Shown: in pieces, positions 26,651 to 40,335 of the stretch
How the letters are laid out: each line of letters begins with the position of its first letter
How positions within the stretch are numbered: the stretch's first letter is position 1
Origin: Eledone cirrhosa
Lineage: Eukaryota
Direction of reading: 5' to 3'
Length of the DNA stretch: 64,000 bases
Assembly: GCA_964016885.1 (NCBI GenBank)
Contig: OZ024748.1
Coordinates: 57,970,001-58,034,000, forward strand
Translations under genes and position numbers: made by a program
The notes under the pieces: model-generated
Seen by the model: the letters and a program-made list of their open reading frames with translations, nothing else
Told to the model about the DNA's origin: nothing
Database searches by the model: none

Positions 26651-27265
26651 CCAAGGGAAATGATATCAAAGTATACATATATGGGTGCCTGTGTGTGTGT
26701 GTTTACAAACAAGAACGTTAGATACATCCGAACTGATAACATAGGTCAGCCATCGTCAGATAATATATATGGATGAACAGCTTATTGCGGAATCCATTGT
26801 ATGATTTTGTATGAGGTCCATATATCGTGTCAGTCAAACTTCAATGGTGGTTGAATTCTCAAACTATGCTGGCTTGGTACAAACCTTTTAACATACATCA
26901 TTCTAATTCCATTCAATGTGTCATCACAAAATGAATGTGGCCGCATTAAACAACACATAATATAATCTTTACAAAATAGAATAAAGGGCAAGCTGCAATG
27001 ATAGTTGGGATTTGTCAGAAACGGTTCATTAATGAAATGAATAAAATATCATGAGTCCATTTCAAACCTGTTGGTGATAATGAATGAAATGAATAGATAT
27101 ATTTCTGGATTTAGTTTATTCGTTGTACGTGATTAAATGAAGTTTTGTCACTTTTCACCGAGTCGTGTTCAAGGAATATAAATGATTATTTACCTGTAAT
27201 TAACTTCTGTCAATACAATTTATATTTTGATCAGCAATGTGGCAGTTTAAGATATTCGAACATTA

Positions 27266-27329
27266 TCAATATATTCTACATGGCTAATATATCACTAATG
27301 TGATATATTAGCCATGTAGAATATATTGA
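27266..27329. repeat. Perfect hairpin, 30-bp stem and 4-nt loop
   Basis: TCAATATATTCTACATGGCTAATATATCAC-TAAT-GTGATATATTAGCCATGTAGAATATATTGA. Confidence 0.95.
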
Positions 27330-27884
27330 ATATTCATTCTACACGACGTGTTTCGTTAATCTTTATTAGGCCCGGCTTGAGAAAGGAACAACTGTATTCT
27401 TGTTTTCTCTTTCCATGTTCAAATACGGAGACGGCTATGTTACCACTGAAGGATATAATGCAACTACTGTCTACTACACTTCGGCAAACATTGTGAAAAC
27501 ATTTGCCCTATGGCCTGTTTAACAGAAACCATTACTGAAGGAATTGAACTAATCAAAAGGAGACAGACAAATGCTTAAAGGTTTAATGAATACATTGTCT
27601 TTCGTAATGACAGATGTCATTTGACGTAATGGCAGCTGTCTAATGTATATAGTGATACGTGAGTAATGGTTTAGCCATTAACATTAAGGTGGTTACAGCA
27701 CAGGTAAATACACAGACATATAGACATGTACTCGTTTATGCGAGTATATATATTTCAAACATGTGGGCCCATGCGCGCGCGCACGCACACAGACACACAC
27801 ATCCACACACACACACATCTATATATATATATATCCTTCCACTTATCAATCTTTACTTTCTATTTTTCTCATATGTCTAACTCT

Positions 27885-27925
27885 ATCTTCTGAGGAAAGA
27901 CAAATGTCCGAAACCTTAAGTTTTT
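27885..27925 (+). ncRNA. Degenerate minimal hammerhead-like motif in a (TA)n-flanked insert (27834-28000)
   Basis: CTGAGGA-aaGAC-AAAT-GTCc-GAAAC-CTTAAG with a palindromic loop; stem I not evident. Confidence 0.45.
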
Positions 27926-28006
27926 TACGTATATTTCAAGCGTGAAACTAATTTAATTTCATCCATGTATTGTGTCGTTTGTTTTGTTATTACTTTACAT
28001 ACACAC

Positions 28007-28070
<64 letters not shown>

Positions 28071-28726
28071 GTGCGTGTGTGATTGCAAATCTGTCCATAT
28101 GTGGTATATAATATGTCTACTGTACTGGACCCCAGATGTATCATGTGAAGAATTACAATAGATATGCCGTAGTAAGCCAGTCATGGCTATTTCATTTTTG
28201 TAAGGTAATCCATGAGGACCACATGTAAGGAAATGCCTGCGGAGAGGGAAATGATATGCTTTTGCTACCGTTCTAACACATCTGTTAACATATTTCTCAT
28301 AAAAGACATTGCTTATGGTTTCAAACTAATTCAAGTAGGTACGTATGAAAGAGTTGTTGGTGATTTCCGATTAATCAGAATAACCTGGTAGAATATAATA
28401 GTTTCACTGGCCGCTTTCTCAATTTATCAAATCCCTCTGTGTAAATTAATGATACTGAAAAATGTCCAACATTTGCTAGTCTAAATCATCGCAAAGTTGC
28501 AAACGCGTTCTTCTGCAAGATAGATATTTCGTCCTTAAATTTTTAGGCTGATGATAGAATCTAGTAATAACATCAACGCTGAATATGCCTGAAGCTCCTG
28601 TTCCAAACGTTATACGACACCTGTACATCGGTGCGGCTCTTGTCGGTTAACTTTGCACGTGAAATCTGTCCAGCAGAGTTTGATCTGGTATTATATATAT
28701 ATTCATGGATCTATTAATGGGTTCTT

Positions 28727-28888
28727 ATATAGGTACAAGGTCAGCAATTCTGGGGGAGGGGGGAGTCGATCAAATCCACCCCAGTCAAGTGGGCCACTGG
28801 TACTTTTTTTAATCGACCCGGTAAGGATGAAAGGCAAATTTAACCTCCATGGCGTCCGACCCTCTATCGATACTCCCAATCCACCGTC
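28727..28888 (-). mobile_element. tRNA SINE, long variant, internally deleted
   Basis: Family body plus GGGGAGGGGGGAGTCGAT insert. Confidence 0.8.
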
Positions 28889-30327
28889 CTATATGGATAT
28901 ATTAATAGATTATCTATTTACATCCTTCCATCGCCAGAAGTATTCTCATCCAACACTTCGAAGTCTGAGATAATATATGTAAATCGCTATTTCATAATCA
29001 ATTAATCCATATTGTATCAACTCACTGACGGCATTCTTTTCAGTGGAAATATAATGATCGATAAGTTATTGATAAAGTTATTGCTATTAATGTTTCTATC
29101 ATTATAACTTCTACTCTCCTTTGTATTGCTTATGTTTCACCACTTACAGTTTCTATTGTAGCTACTTTGCGGGATACTGACATGTACCACCTGTTGGTGT
29201 GGTCGGACATTCCGTCATTTCCATTCCTAAGTTGAATTGTTTATTATGACGTCGGCATAACATTACTGATCTTTTTTCGATTTTATATCTGCTCATTTAT
29301 TCCGATCTCATCGGATTGTTGTCATCAAAATATATGATTAAAAGGAACTAGTGTAGAGGTCATACAGTGTAAACATATATTAAATGAATTTATCAGGCAG
29401 AAAATACAGATTACATTGCATATTTTCTATCCTATTTAGTACAAAGCCTACATCTAATTATTATATTCATAAACACACAGAGGAAATCATACAAAGGCCC
29501 ACACCCAGATAGGCACACAAACACATAGATACACACAGACGCACATGCACACACACACACACACTTACAGGGAGGGAAAGAGAAATGCAGTGAGACAGAA
29601 ATTGTATGTGTGTATGAGAGATAGAATTAGTTGTATCACTAATTTCCATTTAAAACATTTCTGCTGCACATGTAGAATAACAAATACAGGATTAAAAATT
29701 GACACCAAATATCATTGGAATATATTTGCAATCTAGAACAATAAGACTATACATTCCTCAACGAGAACGTAAGTGTAACTATGTGCTAGTCAATAATTAT
29801 AGTCGCAGCAAGAATCATGCGTAAAGGAATATGTTCATAAATTATTAATATATTTGGAAAATGAATTATTGCACTTATTAGAAATGATTTTCCCTCGTAA
29901 ATCATATCGATTTCCAAATTCATCAAAATGTATGTGGTAAATGTAGCTGAATAAATCGTTTATGCTTTTGAATATGGAATTATTCGTAAATACATAATCT
30001 AAGTAGGAAATCATGTGTAGGAATATGTATTTACGTGGATGCTCTGTCCATTATGCAAGAGACTTTAACCATACTGCAGTCAAATCGACACGGTCACGAC
30101 AACCGATATTGATCCACAATTCTATACTTTTAATCATAGAAATTTTGCATGACGTTTTAATATTCAATTGAATTAAATTAAACTACTGATCATGACTTAA
30201 GAAGCATTTAAATTTCAGTTCGTTGCATATGTATAAATTTAGTATTAGCCTTCTGATTTATTGCTAAAATCTTTAGAAGTGAAAGACTTATAGGTTCATT
30301 TGGAAGAACATTGAGACTGTTTCAATA

Positions 30328-30540
30328 TAATGGTTTCTTATATAGGAACAAGGCCAGTAATTTGTGGGGAGAGGAAAGTCGATTAAATCGACCCCAGTGC
30401 TTGAAAGGTACTTTATTTTATCGACCCCGTAAGGAATAAGGGCAAAGTTAACCTTGGCAAGATTTGAACTCAGATCATGAAGGGCCATAACTCAATGCTG
30501 CACAACATGTCGTCCTACCCTCTACCGATACTGCCAAACC
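30328..30540 (-). mobile_element. tRNA SINE, long variant
   Basis: Family body with GGGGAGAGGAAAGTCGATTAAATCGAC insert. Confidence 0.85.
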
Positions 30541-31098
30541 AACTGTTTCAATATAATGATACCACTATGTATATTTCTGGGTGAATTCCATCACAAAATT
30601 TGTCTTTCTTCTCCATCAAAGCAAAAGGTCTTTGCGTATTCAAAATACGGTAAATAATTATATTGTAGTTCAAATTATCAATATTGTTTAAGTAACTTAT
30701 CGATAGAGATATAGATAAGAGAGCCATACAATATATATGCATACAGATCTATAGATTCATAAATAAAAAAGATGCATTGTGACGTTTTATGCAGACGATA
30801 TTCTCTTCATTCTACCATATATTTAAGGGACGATCTATGATGATATGAACATGTGATAGTAATTTAATATACAATAGTTTTCAATGTTTGCTGAAATAAT
30901 CAATCATTGTATATAAAACTTACAGACCTTCGCCCCCCCCAAAAATGACACTTTTTCCATTTTCTGAAAATATATTTCAGCTGTAAATGACGATGAAAGA
31001 AAATAATGTGTTGTCCCACTCCGGGAATGATTAAAGTTTGATTGAAATTTGTGTTATATATGTGTGTGTATATATATATATGTTTGAGTATATACATC

Positions 31099-31140
<42 letters not shown>

Positions 31141-31272
31141 GGAACGAGTAGGACTCCGACGGCTGAGCTCAAGCCGTTTCCTACTCGTTCCTATTATCCA
31201 CTCTACTACCCTAAGTATTGAGTACTTTGGTGCGTTATGGTCCACCTGGTTCCTTACTACATTTCCTTCGTT
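31141..31272. mobile_element. Fold-back insert: HHR 3' half on the minus strand plus 80-bp tail on the plus strand
   Basis: Arms GGAACGAGTAGGA / TCCTACTCGTTCC. Minus strand reads GAAACGGC-TTGAGCTCA-GCCGTC-GGAGTCC. (TA)n flanks. Confidence 0.75.
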
Positions 31273-31311
31273 ATATATATATGTATGTGTGTATTTATAT
31301 ATATATATAGG

Positions 31312-31476
<165 letters not shown>

Positions 31477-31495
31477 TATTATTATCATTAGTCCT

Positions 31496-31680
31496 GTGGG
31501 TTGGCAGTATCGGTAGAGAGTCGGACGCCATGCGTTGCAGCAAAGATTTACGGCCCTTTATGTACTGAGTTCAAATCCCACCGAGGTTAACTTTGCCTTT
31601 CATCCTTACGGGTTCGATAAAATAAAGTACGAGTAATACACTGGAATAATTGCTGGCCTTGTGCCAAAGGTAGAAACAAA
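31496..31680 (+). mobile_element. tRNA SINE, dominant family
   Basis: Full head, B box and tail. Confidence 0.9.
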
Positions 31681-31912
31681 AAAATGTTATTATCATTAGT
31701 ATGATTATTACAGTGAACCGTCGTGAGAGAGATAGAAATGGACAGATATACAAATGATTCCATAAAGTCCGTTTAATACAATAAAAAATAACCGCAAATA
31801 TTACAATAAGAACTAATCTATAAATCAATCATTGTATATAAAACTTACAGACCTTCTGAACTTACTGAACAGTCAGCCATATCACATTGGAGTTTCACCT
31901 GTTCAGGAAAAA

Positions 31913-31961
<49 letters not shown>

Positions 31962-34900
31962 TTATATGAAGATAGCGAGAAAGAGAGAGAGGGGGGAGAG
32001 AATGCCTACCTATGTATTTATACATGTGTGTGTGTCTAAACAATTATGTATAAAGAAAAAAAATCATTATTTCACGTCCTTATCATTCATTGTGACAGAC
32101 TAAATTTAGCTCGAGTCTGATCTTTGAACATTGCGCATGATTAATTCTAGGCTTCTGCGCAACAGACGGAACAAATTCGAAAGAAATTAATTAAATGATT
32201 TGATATTAATGGATGATATGCGTTAAACATGACTATTTCATTGTGTGACAATGTTTATCTTATCGACAGTTCCATGTACACATCATTGATTGTGATAAAA
32301 AGAAAATGTCAACTTAGTTAACTTTTTTTTTTCTTTTTGAAGAGCGTTTGGTTTAATATAGAACTCCAATCCCAACATCGTAGACCAATATTCTATTATG
32401 ATATATCAGATGAAGGAATGGTATTTAACTAATGTATTGGTACGCGATGGGGCCCACACACAGACCCGGCGGACAGTAAATGTCATTAGAGGGTTGGCAG
32501 CTGTTCACCTCTAGTCACAATGCTGACAGATCCCTCAAATTGTCGTGCATTCGTAAATCTGAATCGGAAACTATCCTGTAATCAATCCCGACATAAAATT
32601 GATGTTTTCCTATTTTGATATCCTCCAGTGTTATTTGGTTTTCAGGGAGCTGTTTTGTTTCCTCGTTGGTATTTCGTACAGTAATTTCTGAGGTCTGCGC
32701 TACAGTAATTTCTTAGGTTTGGTTATTTACATGTACCATTATTATGGTGAATACCATAATGGAAATAATGTTTATAGGTTATCGGAATACAACTAATGGC
32801 ATGATAGCTACTTGGATCATATTTCTTTCTTTACACACGTGTCATTGATCCCCTATTTGAAGTTTATCGATGATATAGTGGAAGAGATTGTGCATTATAT
32901 TTCCGGTGCTGTTGTGTGTCATTCAGTAATACTATGTTTCAGCTTGTTCCAGTCCACTCAAATGTAGCACCGAGTTGTCTGTTGATCAGTGGCTTAACAT
33001 TTTTCCCACATTGTGTCACTCTATATCTCCATGGTAATTCCGTTCATGGTATGCATATATGTGGTAAATTTATTCGCCTAACCGTTTATTAGTCGATCAA
33101 AAGCTCATTGCCGGAGCTGATGAAATCCAGCTATGGAAAACATGTCATATTGGTACTTGGTACTGATATTTTAAGAATAAATATAAAGCCAAATTAGAGA
33201 CATTGAAATTTCTTTTGTTTGATTAGAATCTCTATACCAGGAGTTTACTTCTCGTTACTCTAGTACACCTATTTTTTTTATTATTTGTTGTACTTGTAAG
33301 TCTAAGTGGCAGACCTGTCAGAGACTCTCTCCCGCTGAATCTATCGGAGAATTACGTTAAGACATCTTCTTCTTGTTTATACTCTGGTTGTCAGATATTA
33401 ACCATTGAAAATGATGAAGTATATAAACAATTTCCAGAATTCACTTAATGGCAATTTACGCTTTAGCTTTCACTTTCTACAGCATCAACTCTTACTTTGG
33501 ACCTCTTTTGCATCGATCGAGAAAATAACTAGCGTTCAATTACCCTTGTAGGTTTAATCCACTATAATTATTCACAATTAATCAGAGTACTAATCCTATG
33601 ACGTTACCTCCTTTTATGGGTTTAAGATTTTATTTCTGGTAGTTATTTCCAGCATTTCAAGTCGTTTTAAACGAAGTGTCTGGGGTTACAGAAACCCATT
33701 CTTCTCCTCTGCATAAATACTGAAATTGATTTATAAGCAGCCAAAGCAATAGGTTTAAATATATTACACCCCTTCTTTTCTCTTCACTCTATTTGTAGCA
33801 ATGCGTATTGAAATAACTACTGTAAATACGTTTTATATATTATGTCAATATTTTCGTATATAGTCAATATATATAATGTACTATTTACCCACAGATACGT
33901 GCAACTTAATTTATTTAAATGTTTAGTGTTAAAGTTCATATCTTTCATATTCCTATAACTAACTTATTCAAATAATGTATATAATATTCATATAGTTACA
34001 ATAATTATGGCAATAGATATCGTAGCTGTGGATGAGAGGTATTGTCTAATACAGAGAGAGAATGGGAGGGTGAGTACCAAACGATTATTGTTAAAATATC
34101 ATATTTCCTTACAATCTAAAGACGGTGTTGGTATTTCCATTACCATTAACATAAAAGTAGAGATATTGTTTGATTCTGTGATCTGATATACCTCTGCATC
34201 TCTGTATTTAGATGCACTTAGTAGTCAATAGCTCGTATATGTTTTATTCCAAGAATTGATACTCTTCATACCCCTCTGTGCTTTAGAGCAAAATACAATT
34301 CTAGAGCATATTAGAACTTAGCATTCACGCGATTCTTTTTCTTTCCACACGCTACATGGAATTTTCCCTTGAAATAAAATTAAAAAAAAATGTACTTTAA
34401 CTCATTATTTCTCAGTTAGAACTTTAATGAATAAATTGAAAGTTTCACTTTTACAAAAAAGCTAATTATTTCTTGTTAACAAAAGCTTTTGTAAAATTAT
34501 ATTGCAAGATCTCATGGGTCTCTTTATCGATAATTGTGTTACGGCTGCTTGTTTCTAAATCCATTTATATGAAGAAATTTGTATCGTTACATCCTATAAA
34601 AGCTACTCAAACGTTACAGAACCTGCTACAAACTTATAGGATAACATTTTGAATATTCTTATTTTCAATATTAATAAGACGGCTCGATAATGCTAGCTTA
34701 TACATTTCCGTGATGACACGCAAAACCGTACAAAGACACACTCAAATAAATGCATGCATATATACACACATACACACAGGCAGGCACGGACACACATATA
34801 GAGATAACATTAATTTTGTATAATGGGATATAGAAATCAATAAGCTATTCCCAGAGAGAGAATTAAATGACTGGAGTGTGAGGGATTGTGCTAGATGTAA

Positions 34901-35214
34901 ATGAGAACCCCTATCGAGTGGAATAGAAATGTATAAAGAGTAAAATGTGCGATGTGATAAATAAGGTTGAAAGATAAACAAATCAAGTTATGAATCTCTC
35001 CCCCCCCCATCTCTCTCTCACATATGTATATATATAAAGCTTGAAACTAATCAGAATTTGTGTAAGTCTGTTGTCTCCTTGAACTATATATATAGATATA
35101 TATGATGTATAAGTAATTTGAAATAATATCGTCGAAATTTTCTTGATCCCAAAAAGCTCAATGAAAATTAGATACAAAAAATATATTCATGAGCAAGCGC
35201 ATGCGATATTGTTA

Positions 35215-35388
35215 TAGAAACATCTGACACCATGATTTATAGCATAGCGATATGGCCCTTTACTTTCTGAGTTCCAATCCTGCCGAGGTTAGCTTTGCCT
35301 TTCATCCTTACGAGGTCGATAACATAAAACACCAGTAATGCACTGAGGTAATTGTTGGCTGTGTGTCAACACTAGAATAAATTATTAT
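35215..35388 (+). mobile_element. tRNA SINE, dominant family, diverged
   Basis: GAGTTCCAATCC B box and family body. Confidence 0.8.
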
Positions 35389-35660
35389 AGAAACGTCAAT
35401 AATTGTATTCATAGAAAAAAATTAAAACCCTTCGCTGGAACAGCTGTTAAAGCATACAAATGCTGTAATGTACAGCGATGGCAAACATATCTTAGAGAAG
35501 AGACCAGTAACCAACTGTCGGCAGAGAGACGAGGAGAACAAGGAGAAATGCTGGCTGTGCCATTTCTTGCCCATCAGAGTCATTGGCAGCATTTGGCTGT
35601 TTTAATATGACTAATACCTCTTGGAAAGCCATGAATAACACCACATACTTTTAACTTTGA

Positions 35661-36115
35661 TTTTGAAAGTGGGTTTATAATTATTAATTTTCGTTATACC
35701 TCTGTAGCTGTCCCGGCGGTCTAGTTGGAGGAATCAAAGACGGTGGTGGTCCTGATGTGAAGTTTGATCCTGGTCGGGAGTAAAGGTCCAGGTAAACCTT
35801 TTCAGTTTTTTTCTATGAGATGTCAAGTAAAAGCTGAAAAAAATTACATGTACCTCTTGAACGAAAAGACATGAACGAAACCATATCATTTTGTATTGAA
35901 CATTTTGAAAGTAGGTTTATAAGTATGAATTTTCATAATATTTTCGTAGCTGTCTCAGTGGCCTAGCGGTAGGTACTAGAGACGGTGGATATCCTGGTCT
36001 TGGGTTCAATCCTGTTAAAGAGGTACTTGTAATATTTTTCAGTTTTTATTTTCCATCCCATAGAAAATAACTGAAAAGGTTTACCGGGAACCCTACTTTC
36101 GACCAGGATTGAACT
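35661..36115. repeat. Two-unit repeat with a tRNA-like head; second unit has its 3' half inverted
   Basis: 35661-35772 matches 35903-36014 directly; 35760-35862 matches the reverse complement of 36014-36115. Confidence 0.75.
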
Positions 36116-37559
36116 GTTTTTATAACTGTTAAAGCATTGCATTTTCTCATGTTTATATGAATTCAAATACACACTCGGTTAGTCTCTATCAGTAATTGAT
36201 ATTCATCTATCAATAATTGTATTTTGTAATACATATGACGAGTCTGAAAATAAACAGAAGATAAAGTTATTTTCTACATTACTAGTTATACCTATATAAC
36301 TATTCCAATCATAAAGAAAAATACACTAATTGCCATAGCTAAAATAAACGAGGTAATTAGAAAATAAAAGACGAAATACTTATGAGAATGTATGTCATTT
36401 TATTACTACAAAATAAAATGTAGCGATTGCTACTTCAGTTAGTAACGTCAAAATATTCATTGGCGTTTTGTATACGTGAGTCAAAACCGTATAGACAAAA
36501 GAAGGCTTAAATGCATGTGAAGGAGAACAAAATAGCAAGGAGGCATGAAACGAAGAAAGCAATGAGGGGAAAATACTTGAGTCGGTGTAAATGAAGAAAT
36601 AGAAATATGGGAAATATGATAAAATAGATGAAAGAGAGGTAGGGAGTCGTATGGATGTCGGAGTATTATATTGAAGCCCATATCATATCGAGATTTAAGT
36701 GTATATATTAAAGATGAGTAGCCTAATAAAAGAAATATAATAAAGCAGCTTTGTATCATAATATCCTTATATACCGACTTTCACTTCTTGGCCTTCCTTA
36801 GCTTTCTGTCGCTACCTTTTTCCTTCTACAAATGTCTCCTCATTTTTCTATTTGTGTTTCTCCTTCCTCTCCTTTCTTTTCTTCTTCTTCATCCTCGTTT
36901 CCAGCTCGGATTGACATTACTTCTAAGCATGCTGAGAGATTGCTGACCCGAATAATTATCTACCACTTATATAAACTATAAATCTTTTCTCATACATAAA
37001 CTCTAAATATATAGATACTAGATGCCGCTTTCTTGCATGTTTCTTTAGTAACTTGCACTATAGAAAGTTCAAATATATTCCATATTTCATTTACAACTGT
37101 GTGGTTATACTATATAATATGTGTTCCATATTTTATATACAACTGTGTGGTTTCACTATATATATGCATAGAAATATGTTCGTTTCTACTCCTACATATA
37201 CCTTTGTGTACAGATACGTAATATTTCAGGCCTTTCTATTCTATTCTTGACTTAATTTAAAATGTTGTTGTATACTTATTTCTCCCCTTAAAACATAGAA
37301 TTTATTTCAGTATATTCTGAATATCTCGTCATATTTATCAATAAGTTGTATCAATGTACAAAAATCCATGAATGGAAAGCTCTTTCTCATCGATGCACGA
37401 ATGTATATGTAGGAATTATTAATTTCCTGCAATATATAATAATATTCTCGATGTGTAATTTTGTCTTCCAACTATTACGTGAATGTCTTCAAATTATTTA
37501 CATGCGATTTTGTGTGAATTAATGTATATTATGTGTGTGTATATATATATATATATATC

Positions 37560-38250
37560 ATAAAATCGCCAGATAAAATATATACCGTTTCCTATATATA
37601 TATATGTAAACCTTTATATGTAATAATCTCCCGTTAGGTTGAGATACAATTTTGGCTGTATTGGGCTGCGTTTTCTAGCAAAAAGCCTACCAGCCGTAAG
37701 CAACTAATCACATCCTTTCTAACTAGACCGCTGCCACGTCACGATTCTTAGCCATTTTTGAATGTATTCTTGGCGCGATCACTTTGGAAAATTAATTGTC
37801 TAAATTTGAGCTAACTTCCTGAAGAATCCGAAGCTCTAGATTTCCAGTGTTATCGGATGTGTTAAAATGCCGATAAAATCATGGTAGAGGTAATTAAATA
37901 TGTACACTTTCTGCTAGTTTATTTTACACCTAATTCTGTTTAGTTGACTGTATATATGGTCGATTTATTAATGCTGTAGAAATATTCGATAAATAATCTA
38001 TCGTAACCGCCGCGAAGGGGCTGCTTTCGGTTATTTGTCGAGATTTCTTCATAGGAGCCTTTATTCTTATAGCTTGGTCTAATTGATTTTTATATGGTTA
38101 ATTTTACTAATTGGAAGAGGAAACGGTATATATTTTATGTTGCGATTCTATAGACATGTTTTATGATATATAGCTCTGATTATTTAATTTATTAATTCTT
38201 CATTGAGCAACAAAGTGACCCGTTGCAAAACACATATATATTTATGACTT
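37560..38250. mobile_element. (TA)n-flanked insert with 34-bp inverted arms and a tail
   Basis: 37560-37593 is the reverse complement of 38118-38151 (about 4 mismatches). Internal CTGAAGA-ATCCGA...TCGGAT. Confidence 0.55.
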
Positions 38251-38297
38251 TATATATATATATGTAAACCTTTATATATATATATATATATGTAAAC

Positions 38298-38347
<50 letters not shown>

Positions 38348-38349
<2 letters not shown>

Positions 38350-39086
38350 AATCTTTGCTATGCAGACAATCTGGCCATCATGTGTTACTCTTGAACTGAT
38401 CTGCAAGATGTTCTGAATGTCCTGGCCAAACATTCGCTGGAGAATGGCTTACACATCATCTCCAAAACAAAATGTATAAAAATTGATAAAAATAATGCCA
38501 ATCTCTACCTTATAATCTACAACCGGCAAATTGCTCAAATCACGGAGTTTGTATATCTCGGTCACTAACTATCATCAAACAGCAATGGAATGGTTGCTGT
38601 CCAGTATGGTATCGATCTAGATTGGGCAGTTTTCAACAAGAACAAGGAAGTACAAATATCAAAACGAATTTCCTATTACTTGAAGGCTAAGATATGTGAT
38701 ACTTACATACTACCAGTTGTGTTATATGGTATTCCCTTCAGAAGCTCTCTATATTCCAGAAACACATGGGACTTATGACTGGCAAACGACCGTATCCATA
38801 TCAGTGAGCTGCCCAACTTTACCCAACTTAGACTAGTTACATCAATTATGAAGTTATAAGTACTCAAATTATAGTCGTATAAACAGATCAACTCGTCTTG
38901 TGAGTAGGTTATGCCTGGAATGAGGGTTGACTGGTAAGAATGCAGCCAAAACGATGGCATGACAATATCAACTTATGGACTGAACTTTCTCTTTGCTCTT
39001 TAAACTCTGCTGCTGGTGATCGAACTTTCTGGAGAGAGATATCTCATATTGATGCAGTCTGCAACTAGCGGTGTTTAGCGTCACAG

Positions 39087-39088
<2 letters not shown>
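38348..39088 (+). mobile_element. Decayed RTE-clade LINE RT fragment
   Basis: Reads NLCYADNLAIM...DLQDVLNVLAKHSLENGLHI.SKTK...QITEFVYLG...LKAKICDTYILPVVLYG (38348-38730). The rest, up to the (TA)n tract, is presumed 3' region. Confidence 0.85.
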
Positions 39089-39140
<52 letters not shown>

Positions 39141-39518
39141 AAAGAGTGAAGAATAACATAGTCGTCTATACAAAAACTGTTTATTTACAGTATTAACAAT
39201 TGTTTTATTGATCAGGTGAGTCTAAATGTCACTGATCACTCGAAATTGCGTCACTCGACCTTAAATACAGTGTGCGTCTCTGATGAAATCATCGGAATAC
39301 TGGAAGCTGTAACTGGTATTTATAGATACATAGGAGAATGAAGCAAATGAAAACAATAACACCAATAATATCCTTAACTCTTTCACTACTATAACTCCAG
39401 GAATAAACTGCATGAGAATTCTCGAAAACTCGCTACCTAACTAAGGAAACCTCTTGTTGGGTCAAACAACGCCCTGGATTAACTCTAACTGGATTAACTA
39501 AAACGACTACATGTCATC

Positions 39519-39559
<41 letters not shown>

Positions 39560-39712
39560 CAAGATGTATGGTAGGTCGTATGTGAATCGCGATGATCACG
39601 TCTGACCTACCAAATATGCGACGGTAGCTAGTTAAGCTCTATGCGTATAAGCAGAGCAGAAATATTAATGAAAAAGAACAAAGGAACTATTATGACATTA
39701 TAACAAGTTTCT

Positions 39713-39758
39713 TGCCGACAGCCGTTTCGTCCGACCATATGGTGGGATTTTCAAGGCA
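39713..39758 (-). ncRNA. Type I hammerhead ribozyme-like motif (inverted copy)
   Basis: Reverse complement of 40289-40335 with a 1-nt deletion at the base of stem II. Confidence 0.7.
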
Positions 39759-40288
39759 TATAACATGTGATTGTAAGTTCATTATTTACATCAACGTATC
39801 ACTTAAGACTAGCAGTTTGAAATTGTGGTATACATCAGCAGCTCCGCTTGTATACTTGGGGTCTATATTCTAAGGGGGCTCTTTTATATTAGTTGTCGGA
39901 ATTGTAAAAGGGATGGGTTGTGGGGAGTTAAGAGAATTTGAAAATGTCCTGAGAGTCAGGGATTGAAGGTTAAAAATTAGATAATTTATAATTTACGTAT
40001 TAAAAGTAAAAGACTTGGGATCTCGTAGAAGCACCCTAAACAATCCCTCAATAAGTGCATAAAGCTTACAGGCCCCAATAAATTTAACAAACTAGAAGAG
40101 ATTAAGAGACTAATAAAATAAAAAAATAAAAAAATGAAGATATAAAGTTTCCCTAAAAACTATAAATTTTCCCTTAGAATATAGACTCCAAATATACAAG
40201 CGGAGCTGCTGATGTATACCACAATTTCAAACTGCTAGTCTTAAGTGATACGTTGATGTAAATAATGAACTTACAATCACATGTTATA

Positions 40289-40335
40289 TGCCTTGAAAAG
40301 TCCCACCATATGGTCGGACGAAACGGCTGTCGGCA
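40289..40335 (+). ncRNA. Minimal type I hammerhead ribozyme-like motif
   Basis: TGCC-TTGAAAA-GTCC(cACCATATGGTc)GGAC-GAAAC-GGCT-GTC-GGCA. All three stems pair; GUC triplet; UUGAAAA variant core. Confidence 0.8.
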
